From Vicugna vicugna (taxonomy: Eukaryota), in the NCBI GenBank assembly GCA_013265495.1, contig MU057989.1, positions 1,257,513-1,321,512 on the forward strand: a stretch of DNA of 64,000 nt. Direction: 5' to 3'. The position numbers were made by a program, and so were the translations under genes. The notes under the pieces were generated by a model. That model was given only the letters and a program-made list of their open reading frames with translations. It was not told where the DNA came from and searched no databases. Of the stretch, positions 44,583 through 56,079 are shown piece by piece; positions within the stretch are counted from its first letter, which is position 1, and each line of letters begins with the position of its first letter.

Positions 44583-47500
44583 ACTGAAAGATCTGGCAAC
44601 ACTAGGGCCACATGCCCACATGGCTAACATGGGCTGGAGCTGAGGAGCACTTGCTACTTTTGAAGCATGTTTTCCAATTCACCACAGTCCCTCTGGCCCC
44701 TGTGGTCTTAAACACAGCCACCTTCCTCTTATTTTACTGCAACTGCCTGGCCCTGGCACCTGGGTTTGTGACCCCTGACCTTTTCTCTCTCAGGAGAGAA
44801 AGAGGCCATAACCCTGGCTGTACTGGGTCATGTGACTATTTCCACAAACTGGGGTCTGGTGGAAGCAAAGTAGGAGAATGTCCACTTTTCCGTTGCCATG
44901 GTGACCAACCTGAGTGCCACAGCAAGGGAGAGGGAAGAGCCAGAGGGACATTATCAAAGGATGAGGGAGCAACTCACATGTTCCCAGGTCCATTATGGCT
45001 GGAGAAAATTACTCTAGTAGAGTTCAGAGCCCTAAGGCTGCTGCAAACTTGAGCAGAATAAATAACTTCATGGATTGCAAAGTTGAACTGACAGCCTGCA
45101 AGAACCTTCCAGTCCTTCAAGCCTGCAAGTCATCAGCTTTGTCTCTTTGCACTCCTAGAAACTCCACTTCACTGTCTGTCTAGAAGAATGCTAGAAGACA
45201 CCACTCTACCATAAAAGGCAATCTATCAAAGGGCAGATCAAATTCCAGCAGGGGGAGGATGTCTGGTTAGCTTGGCACCTGGCAGAATGATTTAAATTTC
45301 ATAGGTCCTATTTCCAAGAATAATTAATAACAAACAAGAATTTGGGAATTGTAGTGAATTGTAGTGAAGTCCTCATCCTAGAAAACTCAAAATACTTCAT
45401 GTAACCGAAGGAAGGGATATTAGCAGAAAGAAAAGGAACAAGCAAGAAGAAAGCAAAAAATCCACACCAAAGTATTAAAGAGCCTTAGGATGCATCTTTA
45501 TTTTAAACCGTGATGCCAAAGAAACAAGTTTCCACCATGATGTTCCCTTAATCTTCTGTGAAGTCAGTAGTTCCCATAAATTAGAATTTTTGCAAGAGAG
45601 GGGTGGATGAGGACAGCTTCAGTGCCAACAACAGAGTATTTAAAGCTAGTTATCTGCCCCTGAAATGGTTGTTTATTAAAATACACATTAAAAACATTTT
45701 TATACACAAGCCCTGCCTTGTTCATTTTAGGAACAGCACAGAAAGGTAACTAGTTATTTCAGCATAGGAACGAACAGTGAAGCAACAAAATACATTTCAA
45801 AAATGGGGAAGAACATTAACAGTGCACCTTGTGTTATTATTTTGTTGTTTATGGAGGTGTACCCATGTGTTCTTGGGACTATGAAGTCTTACTCCAACCA
45901 GTGATTTGTTTTTGATTTTTTTTTACAAGAACTTGCAAAATATTTTAACAGAAACACAAACTTTAACTTATGTGATGATAATTCACAACTACAGAATGTT
46001 TTCATAAAAAAGACTGTCCTTTTCTAAGGTGACATCTTTCACATTGGAGTCTACTGATCACCAGGGGAACCAGAGGTTTATTCTCAGCATCTGTGATTTT
46101 GTTTTTTCCCCTTATAAGAGTTCCTTTCATTTCTCAGGTTTGTGAAACATTGCTTAAGTTTAAGCCTAGTTTGGGCAGAAGAGTATTTGGCTGGCAGCTG
46201 GGGCCATTTGTGGTTTATTTAAAGGGAAATCATTAGCACGGAGGTCCCACTGGGGAATACCCAGGGGAGCCAGGCAAGAACATAGTTCATCTCCTCCTTC
46301 TGCAGGGAACCGTACCCACTGCCGAGGTCGTATGTGGGAACATCTGGGTCCCACATTCCACAGCCCCTTGGAATTGTCCCATATTCTCTTGGGGAGGAAA
46401 GGAAATGACTAGAGAAATCCTGAGCTAGCTTTTATTGCCTCTGAAGGCTTAGGCCCTTCCTCCCTCCCTGGAGGGGTTCCTAAATCATGTGGGGAAGGAA
46501 CAGCCATCCATCACGTAGCCATGGACTTGGCCAGCCCCACTGTACCTCAGATGGTCAGTTTCCACTGGAAGTCGTGGATTAGACCTTCTTGTCTCCCTCT
46601 GCCTTCAGCCCGGCACACTGGAGGACCATACTTAAATTCCCTGCTGGGTCTCGCAGATCTCCCCGCTTCAGGAAAGCTGGAAAGGGCCCAGTGGAATAGT
46701 AAAATGAGAAATGCAGAAGGGGAGATGCTTGCGAAACTTGTGTGCCTTTTGTAAGTAACATCTGTTTCTCCTTAAAGCTAAAGTTTTTGGCTTTAGATTG
46801 GAGAAGGGGGCAGTGTCAGGGGGCGGGAGGAGAAGGGGACCCATGACATATTCTGTCTAAAAGTGTGGGTAGGTGTGGCCCATGTGTTCATCCCCGTTTA
46901 TGGCAACAAGACGGGGATGGATCGTTTGTGTTCCTTCACAGCTGAAGTCCTTGGATGGCAGTGAAAGTCTGCAGGTGATGGTGGTAATAAATACTTGCCC
47001 TGCCTCCCCTTGTTGTGAGAAGCAAATGAAATTCTGCATGAGAAAGTGCTCTGTAAACTATCAAGGGATATATGACTGAGAACTACCGACCACAATTTAT
47101 GAAAGCACACAGTTGAAAGGAATCTGGTCTTGCTGTTAGATCTTAGTTGACTGACTCACTAGCTGTGTGACCTTGGACAAGTCTTCTGATTTTTCAGAGC
47201 TTATTTTGGGGTTGTTTTGCAGGGCTGGGAGGGCGGCGCCATTTGTGAAAATGCGAATAGCCTCTGCCCTACTTACCCACAGGGTTGTAATTGTATCAAA
47301 ACAAAAAACACGAGAAAGTTCTTTGGGAACTAGAAGGAGACCGTTCTTAGCATAGCTAAGGTTTTCAGATCTTTCCATGGCCACCAATTGCCTGAAATTG
47401 GCCCCATAGACGTCCAAATAACAGTAACTCATTATCTTCTCCAAAAGTGCTACTTTCCTACTTGGCATCACTGTGGCCTGGAGATCATTTTAAAAAAGGA

Positions 47501-48169
47501 TATTCATTTCACAAAAAAGTATATTCAAACAACCATCAACTCAAGATGATTCAGGAAGCGAAAACCAAGGACCACTACTGTGAGGACTTCTCAAGCGTTG
47601 TAAGCTACCCATGTTCAGTAATTGTGTCATCTCCTATTTTTCTATGGTGACTAGCAGTGAGAGAAACCACACACAGGCCGAGACAGGGAGTCTGGCCAGA
47701 GGCTTCCTGGGTTCTGTCCTGGGTTCTGTTTTCCTGCCTTTGGTAGCCACCGTCACACACTCGATTCCCTTGGGGTTCTCTGCTTCATAAGAGGAAATAT
47801 GGGCTCTCTAACAATCAACTTTCCTGCTATCCCCTAAAATAAGGACACACACATCCCCTTTCAATGTGGAGGATTTTCACTGTTAATCACTTTGGGGAAA
47901 TAAATTGGGGGGACTAAAATACCCCAAAATGAGGAAGTTAGGAAGCTGACAGAGTTTTCATATTAGTGAGCCCTCCTCTACTTGCTAACTCACTCTGAGA
48001 TGGTAAATGAAAGTCCCTTTGGCTCTTGTTCTCAGCTTTTATTCCTGAAAGCTGTACTTCTCAACCAGCTCCCTCCTCTCCTCCCCTTAGGTTTTGGGCT
48101 TCCCATGGGCAAGTAACTGTGTGAATTCGGCTTGGTATTCCCAGTGTTTAGCACAGAGCCTGGAGCATA

Positions 48170-48410
48170 GGACTAACATACATTGAGCACTTACTATGTG
48201 CCAAGTATAGTATGAAGACTTCACATGGATTATCTCACTCCCCTCAGATGATTCTTTTAAGTAGTTACTATTATGTCTCCCATTTTAGAGAAAGGAAACC
48301 GAGAGGTAAAGTAAGTTGCCCAAGGACACACAGCTATTAAGTAGCAGAGCTGGGATTCAATCCCAGGCAGTCTGACCCCAGAGTCCATACTCTTATTCTT
48401 AACCACTATG
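48170..48410 (-). mobile_element. MIR (further MIR remnants at ~15880-16080, 20390-20515, 34970-35160, 47135-47330, 50410-50860)
   Basis: TGAGCACTTACTATGTGCCA..CCCATTTTA..GGAAACCGAG..AAGTAAGTTGCCCAAGG.CACACAGCT..GGGATTCAA..AGGCAGTCTGAC core. Confidence 0.8.
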
Positions 48411-49479
48411 CTGGAGACATTTAAATATTTGTTGACTATAAAAACAAAAAACAAAAAACTTTTTCTACTTCCCATCCTATGACATTTCCTTGTTTCTCTA
48501 AAATGCCCCTTGCTCATCTCAGTCCTCTAAATTCCCTAGCCCAAACTCTAAACTATTCCTTGCAGTTTACAACAGCTTCATAACTGTTCTTCACCGGACC
48601 GGTGATTTTCAACCTTTCAATCTCACAGCCTGTGGAGAATTTGACTGATGAACACTATGGATATTACCCCAGATTAAAATCCACATACATAAAAGTTTCC
48701 TGCATAATGGGGGAGGGGGCAAGAAGCACAGATCATCTTAAACTCATCCTGTAGCCTTCAGGTTCCCTTCCTATTGTTAGGGATGGTGGTGATGGGAGTG
48801 TGAAAGTGGAAACTTCTTCGCAGGACTTACTAGGCCAGGTTTACATTTCTAGCCTCATCCTTAGTCACACGCGTCAAGTTTAAAGCATAAGGAAACAGGG
48901 CAAGCACTTTCACATCTTTAGACATCTGCTTTTGAAGTTCTTGCTACTTAGAATACTTTCCCCCTCCACTCCTACCTGGTGCACTTTTCACCAAAGTCCA
49001 ACTTGAATGTTATTAACCTTTCAGATGCCTTCTCTGACACCCCAATGCCCCAACCTCTGTCTGAGAAACTCTTACCTGTGTGCCTGTAATTGTTTATACC
49101 TACGATAGCACTGATCATGTCATCTAGTTGCTAAGTAGCCTGTCCCTCTCGACTCATCGTGCACTCCTCCAAAGCAGGGATGGTATGTCATCCATCATTG
49201 TATCCCCGACATTCTAGAACATGCGTTACACCTAGTAGGTGCTCACAACATTTATTAAGTTCGTTTTTGGGTAGCTCAGCTCACATTCCGCGATCGGCAA
49301 GTTCACTACACGTTTGGAGAAGGCTAACACGCTTAGGAGAGAGCTGAGCGATCACAGTCTCCTGATCATGGGAATCAGCCAGAGGGAAAGTGAGCTTGAG
49401 GCCTGGCTTTGAGAAGAGGGCAGAGACTCCAGCCACCCGAGGACATCGGGTGAGTAAGATTCACGCAAGGATAACTAAG

Positions 49480-50350
49480 TCTCAGGGTCAGGAGGAGGGA
49501 AGCCCGCACTGCACGCTGGAATCTGCGAGACTGACGGTCGCATTGCACGCCGGGATTTGTAGTCCGGCCCTTGCCAAGACCCCCCCCCCCCAGACAGCAG
49601 TCTTGGTCGTCCAGCACGGAATGACGAGGCTCCTCAAGGCAAGTTACTTAGTAGCACTTCTTAGAGCAAACATCTCAGCATAGGCTACCAAGGAACTGCA
49701 TTGGGTAAGGATGCGCATGCAAAACACGGGTTCTTGCCTGGGCGCGCAATAGGCCCCGCCCCCGGAAGCTCCGGCGCTGCGTGCGTGCGTTGTCCTCGTG
49801 AGGCCGCCTTGAGCCGGGTGGCGCAGGCGCAGTGTCCCCGGCCCAAGATGGCGGCGCGGTGCTCCACACGCTGGTTGCTTGTAGCCGTCGGGTTCCCGCG
49901 GCTGCCGGCTGCAGCGGGGAGAGGAGCCCGGCCGCCCGTGGGGGGCGTGGTGGGGGCATCGCTGGGCCGCAGTCTGAGCGTCACCGCCTTCGCGCCTTCC
50001 CTGCGAGCTCGCGGTTCCGGGGCGCTGCTGACATTGAGACCCGGTGTCAGCCTTACAGGTGAGGGCAGGCTCCAGCCCCCGAGTGAGGGGAAAGGAGTGA
50101 CTCGTTTCGCTCCAGTTACGGGGGTTGCTGGGTGGAGTTTGTCTTCCGACCTACCTGCGGAATCACTTCGGGTGATGGGCACGCAGGAGGCAGAGAGGCT
50201 CAAATGGCTATTTAGAAGCGGTGAACCGAGGAGAGCTGCGTGAAGCCCCCGGCGGCGGGGATGAAACGCCCCGCAGGCCTTGAACCTTCACCTCTCTGTC
50301 AACATTTCTGGAGGCCTCTTTCCGGCTTGCCGCTGTTCTTCTGCCCGATT
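49480..50350 (+). promoter_or_regulatory. DNAJA3: CpG island / DNAJA3 promoter with NRF1, GC-box, ETS/GABP and YY1 motifs
   Basis: TGCGCATGC 49712-49720; GGCCCCGCCCCC 49752-49763; CCGGAAG 49762-49768; GCGCAGGCGCA 49821-49831; AAGATGGCGGC 49845-49855 overlapping the start codon. Confidence 0.85.
49848..50058 (+). CDS. DNAJA3: DnaJ homolog subfamily A member 3 (Tid1) coding exon 1, mitochondrial targeting presequence
   Basis: AAGATGG start; MAARCSTRWLLVAVG..., Arg-rich with no acidic residues; donor CAG|GTGAG; 211 nt. Confidence 0.96.
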
Positions 50351-53201
50351 CCTTTTCCTCCTTTCTACTTCTTAGCCTGTAGAGGAAGGGAAGAGGTAAC
50401 GGCCATTCGGTGAGCACCTGCTCTTGGGCTAGCTAAGCACCTTGTGCCTCATCTCACTTGTTAACAGCAGCCCTGCAACGTGGGGATCATCATCCCCATT
50501 TTAAAGAATGGGAAACTGAGGTTCTAGCAGAGGAGTTGACCCTCCCAAGGTCATAAAGTTAGATAAGAAGAGTTGTCCCAAACCCAAAGCTGTTCTTTCA
50601 GAACTACGCTCTTTCCATCACACGGTGTAAATTGGAAGGCACGCTTACTGTTTTTTAGAAATCTTTATGTTGGTTATTTTGCTAAAAATGCAAACTCATA
50701 TTTATTGAGCATTTCCTATGTACCAGGCATGGATCACTTCCACGTGATAGAGACTATTGTTCTGTTTTATAGATAAATAAGTTGAGGCTTAGATGGTAAC
50801 TGGTAGGATGTCACAAAGCTAGAAAGTGGGAGAGTCGTGATTCAAAACCTCCTGCTTTTTTAATGCTGGAAGTGATGTTGAATTAATATATACTGAGCCT
50901 TTTAAGTGCTTAGCCATGATGGTTTCTTATGTTATGTGTTGAATGACTTCCCTTATAGTGAGATAAGGAAGGAGGAAACACTGAACACCCAACTATGTGC
51001 CTGAATTGTGCTAGATGTTTGTGTCCCCTAGAATTTGTACAAATGATAGTTTAAACTATCTATAAACTTACAGAGATGATTAATTAAAGGGTCTGACAAG
51101 GTAGTTTACACAAGATGCTTTCCTATTGAGATCCAGTTTTGTAATGCTTACATAATAGCTAGTTATTAAAATATCAGTAATTGTGATTACCTTATACAGT
51201 GAACACTACTCCAGTAGCGTGTGTGAGACCCGAGCAAATTATGTAATCCTTTTGTGCCTTCCATTCCTTAACTGAAAAAAATTTTAATAGGTATATATCG
51301 AGGGCTTGTCATATGCCAGTTACTGTTATAGGTACTGGGGATATAGCAAAGACCAAAGAGATTGGATGTGATTTTGGTCACGTGATCCCACTTTTTTATT
51401 CTGTTCCTACCACTTATATTTCTTCATGGATGGAGCAGTAATCAAGGTTTCCTCAGGGTTATTTGAATCCATGTCACGCTGTATTTCTCAATATGAGCAA
51501 AAGTAGTCATTTTTAGGTTTTGCTAATGTTTTCTAATGTCAAGGTTGTTTGGAATAGAATTTGACTGCATCTTTTTGCTCAGATATTAATTCTTTTGATG
51601 CTTATTAAGCTAAACTTGTTCATACCACATTTGTACAGGTTTGGGGAACATTTTTTGGTAATTGTGTATGCGTGTGTGAGAGACAGACAAGCACTAAGTG
51701 CTGAGCCTGATGTGTAAGGAATTGCAGTCAGCTTTCCTTTTCCCCGAGTGAGCCCAGTGCCCACAATGGGCATGTTTTGTATCAGGTGATGAACACATGT
51801 GAGAGGTGGCATCCTTCAAGGTGCACTCTATTACCACATCTAAAGTCATGAACTCATCCCCCAAACATCTCAAGTCCAGTAGTGCAATTAGATGATGTAA
51901 AAACAACACTTTAAATCCGACTTTTCTCCCAGAGCAGAAGGTAGTTATTTCACACTGGGTTGGCCATTCTTGGACCGACTTGGAGACTAATCCTCTTCTG
52001 GGTTATTCTAAAATGGGCGGGACATTTATTGGTCATATCTTGGGGGAAAATGTGTCTATTAAATGAACTCTTTCTAATTACTGCTAATCATTGATACCTT
52101 TGGGATAATGTCAGAAGTCATCAAACTTGTATGAGTTAAATGTGATTTGTGTTTATATGCAGTTTTGCACATTGCTGTCCCCTGTTCTAACCCAAGCCTA
52201 AATTCTCTTATGATGTTGAAGCTGCAGCTGCCAGAGCCTTTGCCACTACCAGCCTCCGCCTTCTGGATTGGAAGGGGTGGTAGGAGAGGCAAGATGAGTC
52301 GAGGTAACCTCTCCCTCCTGAGTGAAGCAGGGCTGAGTACAGGAGCACTAAGAAACTAGCTCTGGTGTTTTTCTCAAATCTGATTGGAGAAACATAACAG
52401 TAGTCTCTAATCCCTACTGCTCCCACCCTGTCTGCTTTTCATGTGCCAGAAAATCTAAGCTGCAGCAACAGAGAACAAGTAACGGGGATACTGAAAATAT
52501 AGATCTGCTTCCTGTTTCTGATTTTAATCAATCTGACCATTCCTCCTCATTCTTCTGTCTGATTATCCTTTATCCTGCCAGCTTCCTGGATATGCTCAGC
52601 CCTCCAGTTGTCTTTCATGCCCATAAATTTTAAGTATTCTCCCGATTCTTGTTTTATTTTTTTTGAGAGCTCTTTCTCATGCATATCTGGTTGATTCTCT
52701 GTTTAGCACTTGCTGAGGCTCCATATTGCCCTCAAGATAAAATCCAGGCTCTTTAGCATAGTTCAAAGGCCCTTCTCTTTATTCCCAGGCCTCATTAATC
52801 ATCATCACCATCATCTCTATCACCCGCCTACCCGCCCCCATGAGTCTCCAATCTAGTTACATCATAGTATCTGCACTGAAATGCAGAAGGTCCTTGACAC
52901 ACATACACACACACACACACTCTCTCCCCCTCTCTCCCCCTCTCCCTCTCTCTCTAGTTACATCACAGTACCTACAATTCCTAAATGCACAAGAACTTTC
53001 TCCCTCCAAACCAAAGGTGATCGTATGATTTAGCTACTAAATGAAGTGCTTTTGAAAGTGAAAGAGGGTGCTATTGCAAACAGTGTTGGGACTACAAGCA
53101 TAAATCTGGATGGATTCAAGCCCTCCTTAGCCTAGCTAGTTTTAACAGCTTAACAACAGGTGCCTTAGAAGACCTACCCTGAATTTCTGAGATAGAGTTG
53201 T

Positions 53202-53665
53202 AGTGGTTCTCAACTGGGAGTTATTTTACCCTCCAGGAGACATCTGGCAATCTCTGGAGATGTTTTCAGTGGCTAGTTTGGAGGGGGGGTGCTACTGGCT
53301 ACTGGTTGACCAGGGCTGCTGCTAAAAACACTGTATTATAAATACCTAGATATATTAGGATATAAATAAATACATAGGGCTGCCATAACAAAGTACCACA
53401 GACTAAATGGCTTAAACAATGGGAAATTATTTTCTCACAGTTCTGGAGGCTGTAAAATTCCACGACCAGTGTTTTAGCAAGGTTGTCTTTAAAGACCCCA
53501 TCTCCAAATCCAGTCACATTCTGAAAAGCTGGGGGTTAGGACTTAAAACATAGGAATTTGGGGGTTGGTGGTCACAATTCAGCCCATAACAATAGTACTG
53601 TGCTCCACCCGACCCATGAGAAGAACCCGATCCCATCAGTAGTGTGGAGGTTGAGAGACCCAGGT
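53202..53665 (+). mobile_element. MER20-like element interrupted by an MLT1-like fragment (~53370-53592)
   Basis: AGTGGTTCTCAAC..GACATCTGGCAATCTCTGGAGA..GCTACTGGC left part and GAGGTTGAGAGACCC right end; internal CCATAACAAAGTACCACAGACT..CACAATTCAGCCCATAACA. Confidence 0.65.
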
Positions 53666-54511
53666 TAGGTGACCCTTTTGTGTATTCTCACTCTGCATCC
53701 CTGCGTGCTAATACCATTTCACACATGGCCTCTCACACTTCCCTGTGGGGCTGTAAGCTCCTTGAGGGCACTGACTTTGACTCTTTTTCATCTTGTATCC
53801 TCGGTGCCTAGTACAGTGTTAAGGTCTGGAATGAATGTAAGCTCCTAGAGGGCAGGGCCTTTGAATGGTTTGCTGCTGGAGCCCAGTGCCTGGCGAGCAG
53901 AGCTGCTCAGTGAGTGACTGCTGAATGAATGAGTGCTGAATCCAGAAGCTTCTCCTTGGCAGGCAAACCTTCCACTTAACGCCAGGAGCTGCCTCATGAT
54001 TCTCATTCCCTTTCTTGACTTCTGCTCCCTCTTCAGCCTTAACTTGGCCTCTACTCCCCAACCCCGCCCCGCCCTCCCCATCTTCAGTTGTCACAGGATA
54101 GGTTGGGGGTTAGGAGGCAGGACTTAAAATTGTAGAGCAGCTTCCTCCCTTCACTTGGTGATGGGCCAGTCCAGCTAGGACTCTGCTCCATACCCAGAAG
54201 GCAGTTGAGTACATGTGTCTGTCAGCCTTTCCTCCCAGCTGCTGATGCAAGAGGCCTGAAAGGAGGTGGGGGGGTGCAGAGGGGACGAAGGGGAGCAGCC
54301 TTGTGTGTTGATCCCTTTCGGGTTGTGTACTCTGGGGTGAACAGAGGTTTCAGGACAGGACCCTTTAACCTTGTGTGTCTCTCTATATACACACATGTGT
54401 GTGTGTGTATATACGTATGTGTACATATTGTTTTTAGGGGAGGGCTCAGCACTTTTATCGGATTCTCTCAGAGAGATCTATGACTATAGACCGGGGACCA
54501 TTTCTTTAGCA

Positions 54512-54655
54512 CCGTGGCTCTCAAATCATCACCTGGAGGGCTTGCTGGACCCTACCTCCAGGGTTTTGGATTCAGGTTTCGGTGGGGCTGGAAAATTTAC
54601 ATTTCTGACAAGCTGATGATGCTGCTGGTTCAGGGACCACACTCTGAGAACTACC
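54512..54655. mobile_element. MER5A-like hAT element (similar remnants at ~2200-2330 and ~38130-38270)
   Basis: ATCACCTGGAGGGCTTG..CATTTCTGACAAG..GATGCTGCTGGT..GGGACCACACT.TGAGAAC. Confidence 0.65.
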
Positions 54656-55105
54656 CCGTAAGCAGATACCCAGGGTTGCATGGTCGAGGGGAAGAACCTG
54701 GGAGTTGTTAAGCACTGAGTGGGACAAGGCATGTGGGAGTACCTGGCACCTGGCGCGTGCTCCGACAGTGGAGCAGGAGAGCGAAGTCCCTTTTCAGTCA
54801 TCTCAGGTGCAGCCCCCATCTGGGGTGCGGTTCCTTAAGAGGTACGGTGAGGCTACAGCCCTAGTGTAATCCAGCCAGAATCAGCCCCGTCCAACGCTGT
54901 TTTATAGTCTTCACATACAGTGGCTTTAGCCGTTTTTGAAGTGCGTGAGTTTGGTCTGCAGTGGGCTTGGAGGACAACAGGCCCTAAAGCTGTGACGTGT
55001 TTGCTCCTTTACAGGTACTACCCTGCTGGTTGTTGACTCAGTTACCTTTTGTTGAGTACATTTCCAGAGTGATTTTCTTTTCTTTGTTCTTTGTTCTTTT
55101 TTTAG

Positions 55106-55239
55106 GAGTGAAATGTTACCCTTTTGTTTGCACTGCCTCCTTCCACACGAGCGCCCCTATGGCCAAAGAGGATTATTACCAGATATTAGGAGTGCCCCGA
55201 AGTGCCAGCCAGAAGGAGATCAAGAAAGCCTATTATCAG
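55106..55239 (+). CDS. DNAJA3: DNAJA3 exon 2 ([45 protein letters not shown]), start of the J domain
   Basis: Long polypyrimidine tract plus TAG acceptor, GTGTGT donor, 134 nt; J-domain DYYQILGV...IKKAY. Confidence 0.97.
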
Positions 55240-56079
55240 GTGTGTATGGAAGCCACATTTTAGAGACAGGAAAGCTGTTGATCTAGTCTGATCCTGAGCA
55301 TTGCAGGGTATATGCTCGTACGTGTCGGTTGTGCGCAGCTGACAGTGTGGAACGAAATGATAAAGGTGGGCTTCGCTGGGCCATGTCCCTCAAGTGCATG
55401 ATGCCATGCTGGTTGGTGCTTCAGAATAAAGAGGAGAGTCAGAACCAGAGGTTGAAAAAAAATCTTTTTCCAGGGCTGTTTTTGTACTTAAATTTATTCT
55501 GCATCTTCTGATCAGTAGATATACTGGTCTGAGTTTTATTTTAGATCATCATTCTTTGCATTCAGCTAAAAGTTTATGGATTTAGAATTCTTTTCTTAAC
55601 CCAGAAACTGAAATTCCCACCATCGTGGCCCAGGATGTGTTGGGCTGATGGGTGAAGTGGCACGTGGACCGGTGGTCTCTGGACTTTTACTCTGACCAAA
55701 AAAAAAAAAAGACTGAGGGCACTGATGTAGGAATACTAACTTTTGTATTTTGCCTAATATAGATGTTAAAAGTAATTAAGTACAATCTATTAACACCATT
55801 TGATAAAAGAAAGAGCACCTTAACATAAAAATAGGAAAATCATAATATAAGAATGAAGAAGATTAAATTTAATAAAGTTAGTAAATTAAATAAAATTAAA
55901 AATTTTTATTTATTACTTTTATGAAAAATTTTCTCTAAAGTCTTGATTTTCCTTCCTTATTTTTTTTTTTTTTTTGTGGGCAAACAAAAACTTTGTCTAA
56001 GCTTAATGTTTGTGAACCAAATACTGATCAAGATCAGACCTAACAGCTTATGGCTTGGATAGCTACTCCTTCCTTTTGC

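Larger units (their letters stand above)
44170..44777 (-). mobile_element. MER102-like hAT-Charlie non-autonomous DNA transposon split by two SINEs
   Basis: AGATCTGGCAACACT...CTGGAGCTGAG...TGCCTGGCCC...GTTTGTGACCCCTG matches the recalled MER102 consensus in reverse. Confidence 0.65.

Noticed and set aside
40850..49480. Shared bidirectional promoter for CORO7 and DNAJA3
   Set aside because: The start codons are about 9.3 kb apart and each gene has its own CpG island.
49701..50243. 180-aa ORF extending DNAJA3 exon 1 in both directions
   Set aside because: Non-ATG start within promoter motifs, and read-through past the canonical donor at 50058/50059; only 49848-50058 is supported.
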